From the NCBI GenBank assembly GCA_040220855.1, contig JAVJVZ010000076.1, forward strand, positions 26,220 to 90,219: 64,000 nucleotides of DNA. Direction: 5' to 3'. The notes beneath the pieces were generated by a model that was given only the letters and a program-made list of their open reading frames with translations, made no database searches and was not told the DNA's origin. Shown here in pieces: positions 50,169 through 59,564 of the stretch (its first letter is position 1; every line of letters begins with the position of its first letter). The position numbers and the translations under genes are program-made. The stretch comes from Gammaproteobacteria bacterium (GTDB lineage Bacteria > Pseudomonadota > Gammaproteobacteria > Ga0077536).

Positions 50169-50575
50169 AAGAACTGCCCGATCACTTCAAGAAGGATGCC
50201 CGTGGCAATGCCTATGCGGGCGATCACCTGCTGGTCGAACTGTGGGACGCCTGCAACCTGACCGATGCCGCCCACATCGAGCAGACGCTCGACCAGGCGG
50301 CCCATGCGGCCGGGGCGACGGTGCTGCACGCCTATTACCACCCCTTCGGTGAAGGCCAGGGCGTGAGTGGCGTCACGGTGCTGGCGGAGAGCCACATCAG
50401 CATCCACACCTGGCCGGAGCGCGGCTACGCTGCCATCGACGTCTTCATGTGCGGTGACTGCGATCCGAATCTCACCGTTCCCATCCTCACCGAGGCGTTC
50501 CGTCCGGGGCGCATCGAGACCCGCCTGTTCAAGCGCGGCTGCGAGCCGGCCAGCGCGATGCAGAGCGTGGCCTGA
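50165..50575 (+). CDS. speD: S-adenosylmethionine decarboxylase proenzyme (class 1b)
   Basis: 136 aa; GDHLLVELWDC…VLAESHISIHTWPERGYAAIDVFMCG, a canonical ES-cleavage pyruvoyl motif. ATGA overlap with the speE stop. Confidence 0.8.
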   Translation: MKELPDHFKKDARGNAYAGDHLLVELWDACNLTDAAHIEQTLDQAAHAAGATVLHAYYHPFGEGQGVSGVTVLAESHISIHTWPERGYAAIDVFMCGDCDPNLTVPILTEAFRPGRIETRLFKRGCEPASAMQSVA

Positions 50576-50730
50576 GCGGAGCGCGCCCGGCGTTCCCCCG
50601 CCCGGCGTACCGGCAGCGCGCGACGCCTGCTGGTACGCCGCCATCTTCCGGCGTGCACTGCGCCCCGTCAGCGGCGTCGGCGCACGCCTGTTAAGATCGG
50701 CGCCCCGTTCACCCAGCACGCCGGCCTGCC

Positions 50731-51669
50731 GTGACCGCAATCCCCGTCAAACTGAATCCGCCCGTCCGCCGCGGCGACCCGCGCAAGCAGCGCGTCGATG
50801 CCGGGCGGCTGCAGCAGCGCCTGCGCCGACTGGCCGGCAAGGCGATCGGCGACTACGCCATGATCGGTGCCGGCGATCGCGTCATGGTCTGCCTGTCGGG
50901 CGGCAAGGACTCCTACACGCTGCTCGACCTGCTGCTCAGCCTGCGCGAGCGTGCGCCAGTCGATTTCGAACTCGTCGCGGTGCATCTCGACCAGAAACAA
51001 CCGGGCTACCCGCCGGCGGTGATGCGCGACTACCTGGCCGGTCTCGGCATCGAGCACCATGTCATCGAGCAGGATACCTACTCGGTGGTCAAGCGCGTGG
51101 TCCCCGAGGGACGCACGATGTGCGGACTTTGCTCACGCCTGCGCCGTGGCATCCTGTATCGCTTCGCCACCGAGCATGGCATCACCCGTATCGCGCTCGG
51201 ACACCACCGCGACGACATCGTCGAGACGGTGTTCCTCAACATGTTCTTCGGCTCGAAACTGAAGGGCATGCCGCCGAAACTGCTCAGCGACGATGGCCGC
51301 CACGTCGTCATCCGCCCGCTCGCCTACTGCCGCGAGACTGACATTGCGCGCTATGCCGAGTCGCGCGGTTTCCCGATCATCCCGTGCAACCTGTGTGGCA
51401 GCCAGGACGGTCTGCAACGGGCCCGCGTGAAAGCGATGCTCGCCGAGTGGGAGCGCGAGCAGCCGGGGCGGGTGGAGAACGTGTTCCGCGCGTTGCAGAA
51501 CGTGGTGCCGTCACATCTCGCCGACACCGGGCTGTTCGATTTCGCGGCGCTCGGCGACGCTGGCGCTGCGCAGCGTCATGCGGCACGCGACTGGCTGGTC
51601 GGTGATGGCGGCTTGTCGGCGCCGGAGGGTGCGGACGGCATCGATGACGAGGACGGCGACCGCCGCTGA
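50731..51669 (+). CDS. ttcA: tRNA 2-thiocytidine(32) synthetase
   Basis: Collinear with E. coli TtcA (…[12 protein letters not shown]…[10 protein letters not shown]…IPCNLCGSQ…). GTG start. Confidence 0.85.
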   Translation: MTAIPVKLNPPVRRGDPRKQRVDAGRLQQRLRRLAGKAIGDYAMIGAGDRVMVCLSGGKDSYTLLDLLLSLRERAPVDFELVAVHLDQKQPGYPPAVMRDYLAGLGIEHHVIEQDTYSVVKRVVPEGRTMCGLCSRLRRGILYRFATEHGITRIALGHHRDDIVETVFLNMFFGSKLKGMPPKLLSDDGRHVVIRPLAYCRETDIARYAESRGFPIIPCNLCGSQDGLQRARVKAMLAEWEREQPGRVENVFRALQNVVPSHLADTGLFDFAALGDAGAAQRHAARDWLVGDGGLSAPEGADGIDDEDGDRR

Positions 51670-51686
51670 GGTCGCCGGTGGATGAA

Positions 51687-51718
51687 GCTCCCCGCGCCGC
51701 GTGCGGCGCGGGGAGCTG
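51687..51718. terminator. bidirectional hairpin between convergent ttcA and the BVMO gene
   Basis: agctccccgcgcc-gcgtgc-ggcgcggggagct perfect 13-bp stem. Confidence 0.5.
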
Positions 51719-51745
51719 GCGGCAGCGTGACTGCCGGTCGTCGGC

Positions 51746-53377
51746 TCAGGCGATGGTGAAGCCGGCGTAGCCGCTCGCCTTGACGTCGTCGCAGATCTGA
51801 CGGTAGTTGCCGACGCCGCCGATGTAGGACAGCAGCCGCCGCGGCTTGCCCTCGATGTTGGCGCCGGTGTACCAGGAGTTGGTGCGCATCAGCAGCGTCG
51901 CGTTGGCGATCTCGTCGTGGTGCGAGACCCACTCATCCTGCTTTTCCACCGTGGGTTCGATCGAACTGGCATCCCGATCGCGCAGATAGGCAATGCAGTC
52001 GGTGACCCAGTCGACCTGCTGCTGCAGGCAGGTGGTCATGTTGCAGAAGGCGGTCGACGGCGCGAGCGGCCCGGCCACGGTGAACAGGTTGGGGAAACCG
52101 CTGACCTGCAGGCCGAGTGTCGAGCGGATGTCCTTGTGCCACTCCTCGGACAGCGACAGGCCGTCGCGACCGCGGATGTTCATCTGCGTGAGCGAACCGG
52201 TGCCGGCGTCGAAGCCGGTCGCCAGGATCACCACGTCGAGCGCGTACTCCTCGCCAGAGGCGAGGCGGATGCCGGTCTCCGTGAAGCACTCGATGGGGTT
52301 GTCCTTGACCTCGACCAACTCGACGTTGTCGCGGTTGTAGGCGTCGTAGTAGCCGTTCTCGAGCGGTACGCGGTAGGTGCCGAAGGTGTAGTGATAGGGC
52401 ACCAGCTTCTCGGCCACTTCCGGGTCGTCGATGCGCGCGCGGATCTTCTCGCGCACCCATTCGGATACCTCGGCACCGACCTTCTCGTCGGTGAGCAGTT
52501 CGGCGAAGCTGCCGACCCAGAAGCTCAGCGAACCGTCGGCCCAGATCTCCTCGAGCTTGGCGAGGCGCTGCTCGGCGGTGAGGTCGTACCAAGACACCGG
52601 CTGCACGTCGAAGTCGAAGCCGGCAAAGGTGTGGTTGACGCGCTCCTCGAGCTCGTGGGCGTGGGCCTTGTACTCGGCGCGATCGGCGTCGCTGAACTTG
52701 GGGTTGCGCATCGGCACGGCGTACTGCGGGGTGCGCTGGAAGACCTTCAGTTCGCCGACTTCTGCGGCGATGGTCTGGATGACCTGGATGCCGGTCGCGC
52801 CGGTGCCGACGACGCCGACCCGCTTGCCCTTCATGTCGATACCTTCGCGCGGGTAGCGCGCGGTATGGGCGATGATGCCCTTGAACTTCTCGTGTCCGGG
52901 GAAGGGCGGCACCTTGGGCGCGGAAAGCATGCCGGTGCAGCTGACCAGGAACTGTGTCGTGAAAGAGTCACCCTGGTCGGTACGTACCACCCAGTGCGCG
53001 TTGGCCTGGTCCCACTCGGCGCCGGTGACACGGGTGCCGAAGCGGATGTCCTTGCGCAGGTCGAGCTTGTCGGCGACGAAATTCAGGTAGCGCTCGGTCT
53101 CGGGCTGGCCCGGAAAGCGTTCGCTCCAGTTCCATTCCCGGATCAGCTCCTCCGAGAACCAGTACTGGTAGATGTAGGACTGCGAGTCGACGCGTGCGCC
53201 CGGATAGCAGTTCCAGTACCAGGTACCGCCGACGTCGGTGCCGGCGTCGATCGATTGCACCTTGAGGCCCATCTCGCGCAGGCGGTGCAGCTGGTAGAGA
53301 CCGGCCACGCCGGCGCCCACCACGATCGCATCAAAATCCGTTCCGGCGCGGGCGCCGTTGCCATTCGTTCCAGTCAT
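51746..53377 (-). CDS. type I Baeyer-Villiger / flavin-containing monooxygenase (cyclohexanone-monooxygenase family)
   Basis: 543 aa; two Rossmann motifs (VVGAGVAG, VGVVGTGATG) and a BVMO-like fingerprint FKGIIAHTARYP. Confidence 0.8.
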   Translation of the reverse strand: MTGTNGNGARAGTDFDAIVVGAGVAGLYQLHRLREMGLKVQSIDAGTDVGGTWYWNCYPGARVDSQSYIYQYWFSEELIREWNWSERFPGQPETERYLNFVADKLDLRKDIRFGTRVTGAEWDQANAHWVVRTDQGDSFTTQFLVSCTGMLSAPKVPPFPGHEKFKGIIAHTARYPREGIDMKGKRVGVVGTGATGIQVIQTIAAEVGELKVFQRTPQYAVPMRNPKFSDADRAEYKAHAHELEERVNHTFAGFDFDVQPVSWYDLTAEQRLAKLEEIWADGSLSFWVGSFAELLTDEKVGAEVSEWVREKIRARIDDPEVAEKLVPYHYTFGTYRVPLENGYYDAYNRDNVELVEVKDNPIECFTETGIRLASGEEYALDVVILATGFDAGTGSLTQMNIRGRDGLSLSEEWHKDIRSTLGLQVSGFPNLFTVAGPLAPSTAFCNMTTCLQQQVDWVTDCIAYLRDRDASSIEPTVEKQDEWVSHHDEIANATLLMRTNSWYTGANIEGKPRRLLSYIGGVGNYRQICDDVKASGYAGFTIA

Positions 53378-53738
53378 TCGCTTGAACCTCCACTCGTGGA
53401 ATCGGGAATCTCGTGTTCGGGGGACCCGGCGGACGCGGCGGCGCGTTGCCGTTCGCGGGTCCGGACGCGCGCCGCGCGGGCGGTGATGCCGGTGGCAGTG
53501 TGCATTCGCCGTCCGGCGCCGTCTTGCACGTCACGCGCGCGCGTTTTGCACGATCGCGGCAGTTCCGCGCTCGGCCGCGGCCGCCGGATCCTGCCGGGCG
53601 CCGGCACCGCGCGGCAAGGCACGGGACGCTGCAATCGCCGATCACTTGACCTGGCTCAGCGAATTGCCAAGCGCCGGCGCTGTCGCCTAAGCTGCCGGAC
53701 CCGGGCTCGCGCCCGGCCTGCCACGAGGACCGTGCCCC

Positions 53739-54626
53739 ATGTCAGACCTGATCACGCCGGAAGAGTTGCCGCGCTGGGTGCCGGGCGAGATCACGGCCCG
53801 CAGCGACGGGCTCGGCTGGCGCGGCGTGACCCTGCGCGGCTACCGCTATCGCGGCCAGGACGTCTACATCCCGCCGATGCGCGATTATATGGTGGTTTGC
53901 TACCGGCAGGGAGCCACCCCGATGGAGCGGCGCTTCGACGGTTCCTGGACGCAGACGCGCTGCGCTCCCGGCAGCATCTCGCTGCTGACCCGCGCACAGC
54001 GCTCGGACTGGAACTGGTCGCAGAACGTCGAAGTCTGTCACGTATACCTCAGCGGCGAACTGCTCGCCCGCCTCGCCAGCGAGGCGCTCGAGCGCAGCAT
54101 TGCCGATGTCCACCTGCGCGACCTGCTCAACATCGACGACCCGGTGATCACCGCTACTGTCGACGCCATTCGCGCCGAGGCCTCCCAGCAGGCGGTCGGT
54201 GGCGCGCTCTACGTCGACGCGCTGGGCACCCAGCTCGGCCTGCACCTGCTGCGGCGCTATTCGTCGGTGACCTTCCGCGAACGCTCCGACAACGGCGCAC
54301 TCGCTGCCGCCCAGCGGAAGCGCGTGGTCGATTACATCGAGGCCGAGCTCTCCCGGCCGCTCGATCTCGAGCAGCTCGCCGCGGTGACCGGTCTCGGCGT
54401 GTGCAGCTTCACGCGGCGTTTCCGCAAGAGTTTCGGCTGTGCGCCCTATGCCTATGTCATCGAACGCCGACTGCAGCGCGCGCGGCTGCTGATCGAGGCC
54501 GGCGAACTGCCGCTCAAGCAGGTCGCGCCGGCCTGTGGTTTCACCGACCAGGCGCACATGACGCGGCTGTTCCGCAGCCGTCTCGGCGTTACCCCCGGGG
54601 CCTTGCGGCGCACATCCGGGCCCTGA
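53739..54626 (+). CDS. AraC family transcriptional regulator
   Basis: C-terminal AraC HTH (…LEQLAAVTGLGVCSFTRRFRKSFGCAPYAYVIERRL…). Divergent from the BVMO gene. Confidence 0.8.
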   Translation: MSDLITPEELPRWVPGEITARSDGLGWRGVTLRGYRYRGQDVYIPPMRDYMVVCYRQGATPMERRFDGSWTQTRCAPGSISLLTRAQRSDWNWSQNVEVCHVYLSGELLARLASEALERSIADVHLRDLLNIDDPVITATVDAIRAEASQQAVGGALYVDALGTQLGLHLLRRYSSVTFRERSDNGALAAAQRKRVVDYIEAELSRPLDLEQLAAVTGLGVCSFTRRFRKSFGCAPYAYVIERRLQRARLLIEAGELPLKQVAPACGFTDQAHMTRLFRSRLGVTPGALRRTSGP

Positions 54627-54710
54627 GCCCGCGGACCGTGCGATGGCCTGCAGCGGCCGTGCAGGTGCACGGCACGGTGGCGCCGACCATGATGCGCCCG
54701 GCCGATACGC

Positions 54711-56396
54711 TCACGGTTCCTCGCCGTAGCGCTCGCGCAGAGCGCGGCGCAGGATCTTGCCGACCGGGGTCTTGGGCAGCGCCTGGGCGAACACGACCGA
54801 GCGCGGCATCTTGTAACCGGTGAGGCGCTCGCGGCACCAGGCGAGCAGCGTGGCAGCTTCGAGGTCCGCCACGGCGGGCACCACGATCAGGCGCACCGCC
54901 TCGCCTGAGCGCTCGTCCGCGACACCGATCGCGGCGACCTCGCGCACGTCGGGGTGGGCGGCGACGACGTCCTCGATCTCGTTCGGGTAGACGTTGAAGC
55001 CCGAGACCAGGATGACGTCCTTCTTGCGGTCGACGAGATAGAGATAGCCATCGGCCTCGATGCGTGCGATGTCACCCGTGTGCAGCCAGCCGTCGGCGTC
55101 GAGGACCGCGGCGGTTTCCTCGGGATTCTCCCAGTAGCCGCGCATCACCTGGGGGCCGCGCACGCACAGCTCGCCGGGTTCACCGATGGCGGCATCGACC
55201 TCCGGCGTGGCCTTGATGCGAATCGCGGTCGATGGCACCGGCAGGCCGATCGAGCCGGTGAAGGTCTCGACGTCGAAGCGGTTGATGGTCACCACCGGCG
55301 ACGCCTCGGTGAGACCGTAGCCTTCGGCGAGCACGCTGCCTGTGACTGCCTGCCAGCGCTCGGCGACGACGCGCTGGACTGCCATGCCGCCGCCGCTGGT
55401 GAACTTCAGGCGGCTGAAATCGAGCTGCGCGAAGTCGGGATGCTCGAGCAGCGCCGCGAACAGCGTGTTGACGCCGGTCATCGAGGTGAACGGTACGCGC
55501 GCCAGCGTACGCACGAAGGTGTCGAGGTCGCGCGGATCGGTGATGAGACAGTTGAGACCGCCGACCACCATCGTGCTGAGGCAATTCGAGGTGAGCGCAT
55601 AGACGTGGTAGAGCGGGAGTGCGGTGATCATGACTTCGGCGCCGCGCACGGTTTCAGCGGCGAGCCACGCGGTAACCTGCAGCACGTTGGCGACGATGTT
55701 GCGATGGGTGAGCATTGCGCCCTTGGCGCGACCGGTCGTGCCGCCGGTGTACTGCAGGAAGGCAAGGTCGTCGAGATCGAGTGTCGGCAGGGCGGTCGTG
55801 CTCTTCGCACCGCTGCGCAGTGCCGCGCGCAATGCAACGGTGCCCGGGACCGTTGTGGCGCGGCGGCCGCTGCGGCGACGCGCGACGAAATCGACGACCA
55901 GCCCTTTCAGTCGAGGCATGAAGTCGCCGAGCCCGACTTCGAGCAGGCGCTCCACCGGCAGCGCGGCATGGGCGGTCGCGACAGTATCGCGGACGCCATC
56001 CCAGGCCACCAGCACGCGCGCGCCGGCATCGGTGAGCTGATGAGTCAGCTCGTGTGCCGTGTAGAGCGGGTTCACGTTGACCACCACCCCACCGGCGCGC
56101 AGCACGCCGAGCAGCGTCACCGGGTAGGCGAGCATGTTGGGCATCATCAGCGCCACGCGATCGCCGCGGCGCAGGCCACAGACGTCGACCAGGTAGCGGG
56201 CGAACGCCGTGGCATGGCGATCGAGCGCCGCATACGTGAGCGTTGCGCCGTGGTTCTCGAATGCGGCGTGGTCAGCGAACTCGCTGCAGGCGTCGTCGAG
56301 CAGCGCGACCAGCGAGGCATGCTGGTCGGGGTCGATCGAGCGCGGGACGCCCGGCGGATAGGAAGCGAACCAGATCTCGTCCACGCGTCGCGTCAT
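54711..56396 (-). CDS. fadD: long-chain-fatty-acid-CoA ligase
   Basis: 561 aa; YTGGTTGRAKGAM, GYGLTEASP and …PKTPVGKILRR… motifs. Confidence 0.85.
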   Translation of the reverse strand: MTRRVDEIWFASYPPGVPRSIDPDQHASLVALLDDACSEFADHAAFENHGATLTYAALDRHATAFARYLVDVCGLRRGDRVALMMPNMLAYPVTLLGVLRAGGVVVNVNPLYTAHELTHQLTDAGARVLVAWDGVRDTVATAHAALPVERLLEVGLGDFMPRLKGLVVDFVARRRSGRRATTVPGTVALRAALRSGAKSTTALPTLDLDDLAFLQYTGGTTGRAKGAMLTHRNIVANVLQVTAWLAAETVRGAEVMITALPLYHVYALTSNCLSTMVVGGLNCLITDPRDLDTFVRTLARVPFTSMTGVNTLFAALLEHPDFAQLDFSRLKFTSGGGMAVQRVVAERWQAVTGSVLAEGYGLTEASPVVTINRFDVETFTGSIGLPVPSTAIRIKATPEVDAAIGEPGELCVRGPQVMRGYWENPEETAAVLDADGWLHTGDIARIEADGYLYLVDRKKDVILVSGFNVYPNEIEDVVAAHPDVREVAAIGVADERSGEAVRLIVVPAVADLEAATLLAWCRERLTGYKMPRSVVFAQALPKTPVGKILRRALRERYGEEP

Positions 56397-56592
56397 GTCG
56401 TTGAGTCGGCAGTCATGGCGGCCGCTGGCGGCGCGACCGCGCCTGACACTACACGGCCGCCGCACGGGTGTCGACGGTGCTGCAGCGCATTGTGGACGGG
56501 GGCGCACAAAAAAGGCCCGCTCCGGGGAGCGGGCCGCAAGCCACGTCAGGAAGGGAACGTTGGCGTGGACAGGGTGAACGGTGGTTGCGCGT

Positions 56593-56850
56593 TCAGGCTG
56601 CTGCCTCGAACGTGCCGAGCAGACCGTCGATATGCTCGAGGTGCTGCCGGTAGAGGCGTGCCAGTCCGCTGAAGTCGTGGGGATCGCGCTGCGTGGCGTC
56701 GGCCAGCCGGGCGCTGAACTCGGCGCGGTCGGCGAGCAGCGCCGTGCGGCGCTCGGCCAGCTCGCTCGCATAGGCGTCGACCAGGTGGGCGAGCCCCTGT
56801 TCGCGCTCGTCACGATGGCGCAAGCGGCTGAGTTCGAGCGGCGTCGGCAT
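56593..56850 (-). CDS. hypothetical small protein (85 aa)
   Basis: GAGGAG RBS 6 nt before ATG. No family recognised. Confidence 0.35.
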   Translation of the reverse strand: MPTPLELSRLRHRDEREQGLAHLVDAYASELAERRTALLADRAEFSARLADATQRDPHDFSGLARLYRQHLEHIDGLLGTFEAAA

Positions 56851-56949
56851 GTTGGATCTCCTCGGCGGGCGGGACAGTGATGGACGTGCGATTGCCGTTT
56901 GCAGTATGCATGCCAGTCGCGCTGGGATGCCCGGATGAGATATTAACTG

Positions 56950-56968
56950 ATTGATTTATATTGATTTA
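56950..56968. repeat. 9-bp direct repeat ATTGATTTA-T-ATTGATTTA inside an AT-rich island
   Basis: Seen directly; lies within 56,880-57,000, a roughly 45-55% GC stretch in an otherwise ~70% GC window, upstream of the small ORF and fadD. Confidence 0.5.
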
Positions 56969-57053
56969 GTTCAGGCGTGACCAGAATCTGCCCGAGCATC
57001 CCAGGTGACGCGCAGCGGCACATGTCGCCGTGCGGTGACGCTCTGCGCGGCGC

Positions 57054-59171
57054 TCAGGAATTGAGCAGCCGCTTGAGCTGGTCGAGTGTGCCGCGGCCGG
57101 TCTCGCGATTGGCCGCGGCGTCGGTGACGTGGCCGTCCCAGGCCAGCTCGTCGGCCGGCAGTTCGGCGAGAAAGCGGCTCGGCTCGCAGCTCTCGAGTTG
57201 GCCGTAGCGCTTGCGCGTGCGACAGAAGGTGAGGGTCAGCGTGCGCTTGGCACGGGTGATACCGACGTAGGCGAGGCGGCGTTCTTCCTCGATGGTGTCC
57301 TGCTCGATGCTCGAGCGATGGGGCAGCAGGTTCTCTTCGAAACCTGCCAGGTAGACGTGCGGGTACTCGAGGCCCTTGGCGGCGTGCAGCGTGGTCAGCG
57401 CGACGCCGTCATAGTCGCTATCGCTGTCCTTGCGTTCTGCAATGTCGAACAGGGTCAGCGCGGCGACGATGTCGGCCGTGGTGCGCGTTTCGTCGCGGGC
57501 GTGGATGCGCTCGATCCAGCGCGACAGCTCGGCCACGTTGTCCTTGCGCCGTTCGGCGGCCTTCTCGTTCTCGGCGTTCTGCTCGAGCCAGTCGTCGTAG
57601 CCGATGTCGGCGAGCAGGGTGGCGAATGCCGCCGGTGGCGATGATGCCTCGTGCTCGCGCTGGAAGCGTGTCAGCCAGGTGGCGAACTCGCCCACGCGGC
57701 GCCCGACCTGGGGCGAGACCTGCAGGCGAAAGCGTTCATCGAGGGCGGTCTCCAACAAGGACAGGCCGCTCGCCGCGGCGACGTCGACCAGCGTCTTCAC
57801 GGTCTGCGTGCCGATTGCCCGCCGCGGCGTGTTGATGATGCGCAGGAGCGCGTTGTTGTCATCGGGGTTGGCCAGCAGACGCAGGTAGCACACGCAGTCC
57901 TTGACCTCGGCGTAGTCGAAGAACGAGCGGCCGCCGGACAGCACGTAGGGGATGTCGCGCTCGCGAAATGCGCGTTCGAACAGTCGCGCCTGGAAGTTGG
58001 AGCGCAGCAGTACCGCGAAATCGGCGTAACCGCCGCCGTGCATGAGTTTGCGGTGCAGGATGTCGTTGGCAATGCGCTCGGTCTCGTCGTGTTCGGAGTT
58101 CACGGCGACGACGCGAATCTTGTCGCCGAAGCCGTGCTCCGACCACAGCTTCTTTTCAAACACGTGCGGGTTGTTCGCAATCAGCGTATTGGCGGCCTTC
58201 AGAATGATGCCGCTCGAGCGATAGTTCTGCTCGAGCTTGACCACTTTCAGGCGCGGAAAGTCCTGTGCCAGCTGGGCGATGTTCTCGGGCCGCGCGCCGC
58301 GCCAGGCATAGATCGACTGGTCGTCGTCGCCGACCGCGGTGAGACGTTGATGCTCGCCGACCAGCAGCCGCACCAGTTCGTACTGCGACAGATTGGTGTC
58401 CTGGTACTCGTCAACGAGCATGAAATCGATGCGCGCGCGCCAGCGTGCGAGCGCTTCCGGATCGTTGCTGAGCAGGCGCACCGGCCCCATGATGAGATCG
58501 TCGAAGTCGACCGCGTTGAAGGTCATCAGCGCTTCGCAGTAGGGGCCGTAGCAGCGTGCGGCGAGTGCTTCGGCCGGTGTCGGCGCGTCGAGCACGACCG
58601 CCTCGGGCGCCACCATGGCGTACTTCCATGCCGAGATCGCCTGCTGTACGACGGGCACCGCGACGTCCGTACCCGGACTGTCCCGACGCATCAGGTCGGC
58701 GAGCAGCCCGGCGCAGTCGCCGGCGTCGAGGATGCTGAAGCCCCCCCGATAACCGAGCGCTGCGTGCTCTTCGCGCAGGATGCGCAGGCCGAGGGTGTGA
58801 AAGGTCGAGATCCAGGGCTTGACGGCGCGCTTGCCGAACAGCGTGCGCACGCGCTCGCGCATCTCGCGCGCAGCCTTGTTGGTAAAGGTGATGGCCGCAA
58901 TCTGTCCCGGTTCGGCGCCGCAGGCATCGATCAGGTGGACAATCTTGTGCGCAATGACGCCGGTCTTGCCGCTACCGGCCCCGGCGAGCACGAGGAGGGG
59001 GCCGTCGCTGTAGCGGACGGCTTCGCGTTGTCGCTGATTGAGCTTGTGCAAGAGTCGATGGTTCGGCGCTGGGAGGATGCCGGTGCGTGTGAGGCGCTGA
59101 CAGGCGCCGCCGCGCTCGCAAAACGGGCAGGCCGGCAGCGCCCCCGTTCGGACCGCGGCGATTGTAGGCAA
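57054..59171 (-). CDS. rep: ATP-dependent DNA helicase Rep (UvrD/Rep family)
   Basis: Collinear with E. coli Rep (…LVLAGAGSGKT…TFTNKAAREM…VDEYQDTN…VGDDDQSIYAWRGA…YVGITRA…). Homology starts at an in-frame TTG at 59051 (M/LHKLNQRQREAV), so the upstream 40 codons (to 59171) may not be translated. Confidence 0.85.
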   Translation of the reverse strand: MPTIAAVRTGALPACPFCERGGACQRLTRTGILPAPNHRLLHKLNQRQREAVRYSDGPLLVLAGAGSGKTGVIAHKIVHLIDACGAEPGQIAAITFTNKAAREMRERVRTLFGKRAVKPWISTFHTLGLRILREEHAALGYRGGFSILDAGDCAGLLADLMRRDSPGTDVAVPVVQQAISAWKYAMVAPEAVVLDAPTPAEALAARCYGPYCEALMTFNAVDFDDLIMGPVRLLSNDPEALARWRARIDFMLVDEYQDTNLSQYELVRLLVGEHQRLTAVGDDDQSIYAWRGARPENIAQLAQDFPRLKVVKLEQNYRSSGIILKAANTLIANNPHVFEKKLWSEHGFGDKIRVVAVNSEHDETERIANDILHRKLMHGGGYADFAVLLRSNFQARLFERAFRERDIPYVLSGGRSFFDYAEVKDCVCYLRLLANPDDNNALLRIINTPRRAIGTQTVKTLVDVAAASGLSLLETALDERFRLQVSPQVGRRVGEFATWLTRFQREHEASSPPAAFATLLADIGYDDWLEQNAENEKAAERRKDNVAELSRWIERIHARDETRTTADIVAALTLFDIAERKDSDSDYDGVALTTLHAAKGLEYPHVYLAGFEENLLPHRSSIEQDTIEEERRLAYVGITRAKRTLTLTFCRTRKRYGQLESCEPSRFLAELPADELAWDGHVTDAAANRETGRGTLDQLKRLLNS

Positions 59172-59225
59172 GCGCGTGGCGCTTGCACAGAATTGACAAG
59201 CGGCGGTGTTGCTGCCGTCTCCGGT

Positions 59226-59564
59226 TCAGCGCCGCCAGCCGCGGCGCCAGCGATGATCGCGATGCTGGTGATGGTGGCGGTGCGCCCAGCGCCGGTGGTC
59301 GTGGCGGTCGAAATGCCGCCAGTGGCGCGGCGGGCGTGGCGCGTAGTACCCGAAATTGCCATACGCGTGCGGGGCGGGCGCAAAGCTGCCCCAGCCGGGC
59401 CGGTAATGGTAGCCGTGGTGATGGATCGCGGGCGTGGTGATGCTGAAGCCGAACCAGGTGCGCGGCGGGCCGTGGTAGACCGCGCCGCTCCAGGCCTGCG
59501 CCGCGCCGGCGGCGGCGAGCAGCAGGAGGGCGAACAGGGGACGAATGGCTCTCGGCGACGACAT
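59226..59564 (-). CDS. small secreted His/Arg/Trp-rich protein (112 aa)
   Basis: Signal peptide MSSPRAIRPLFALLLLAAAGAAQA. The mature part has HHH, HxH and RxW repeats (…RHWRHFDRHDHRRWAHRHHHQHRDHRWRRGWRR). GAGGAG RBS. Confidence 0.5.
   Translation of the reverse strand: MSSPRAIRPLFALLLLAAAGAAQAWSGAVYHGPPRTWFGFSITTPAIHHHGYHYRPGWGSFAPAPHAYGNFGYYAPRPPRHWRHFDRHDHRRWAHRHHHQHRDHRWRRGWRR

Noticed and set aside
56880-57000. Considered the AT-rich segment as a horizontally acquired insertion or att site
   Set aside because: It is too short (~120 bp) and lacks flanking direct repeats or mobility genes. It is better interpreted as a regulatory or nucleoid-protein binding region.
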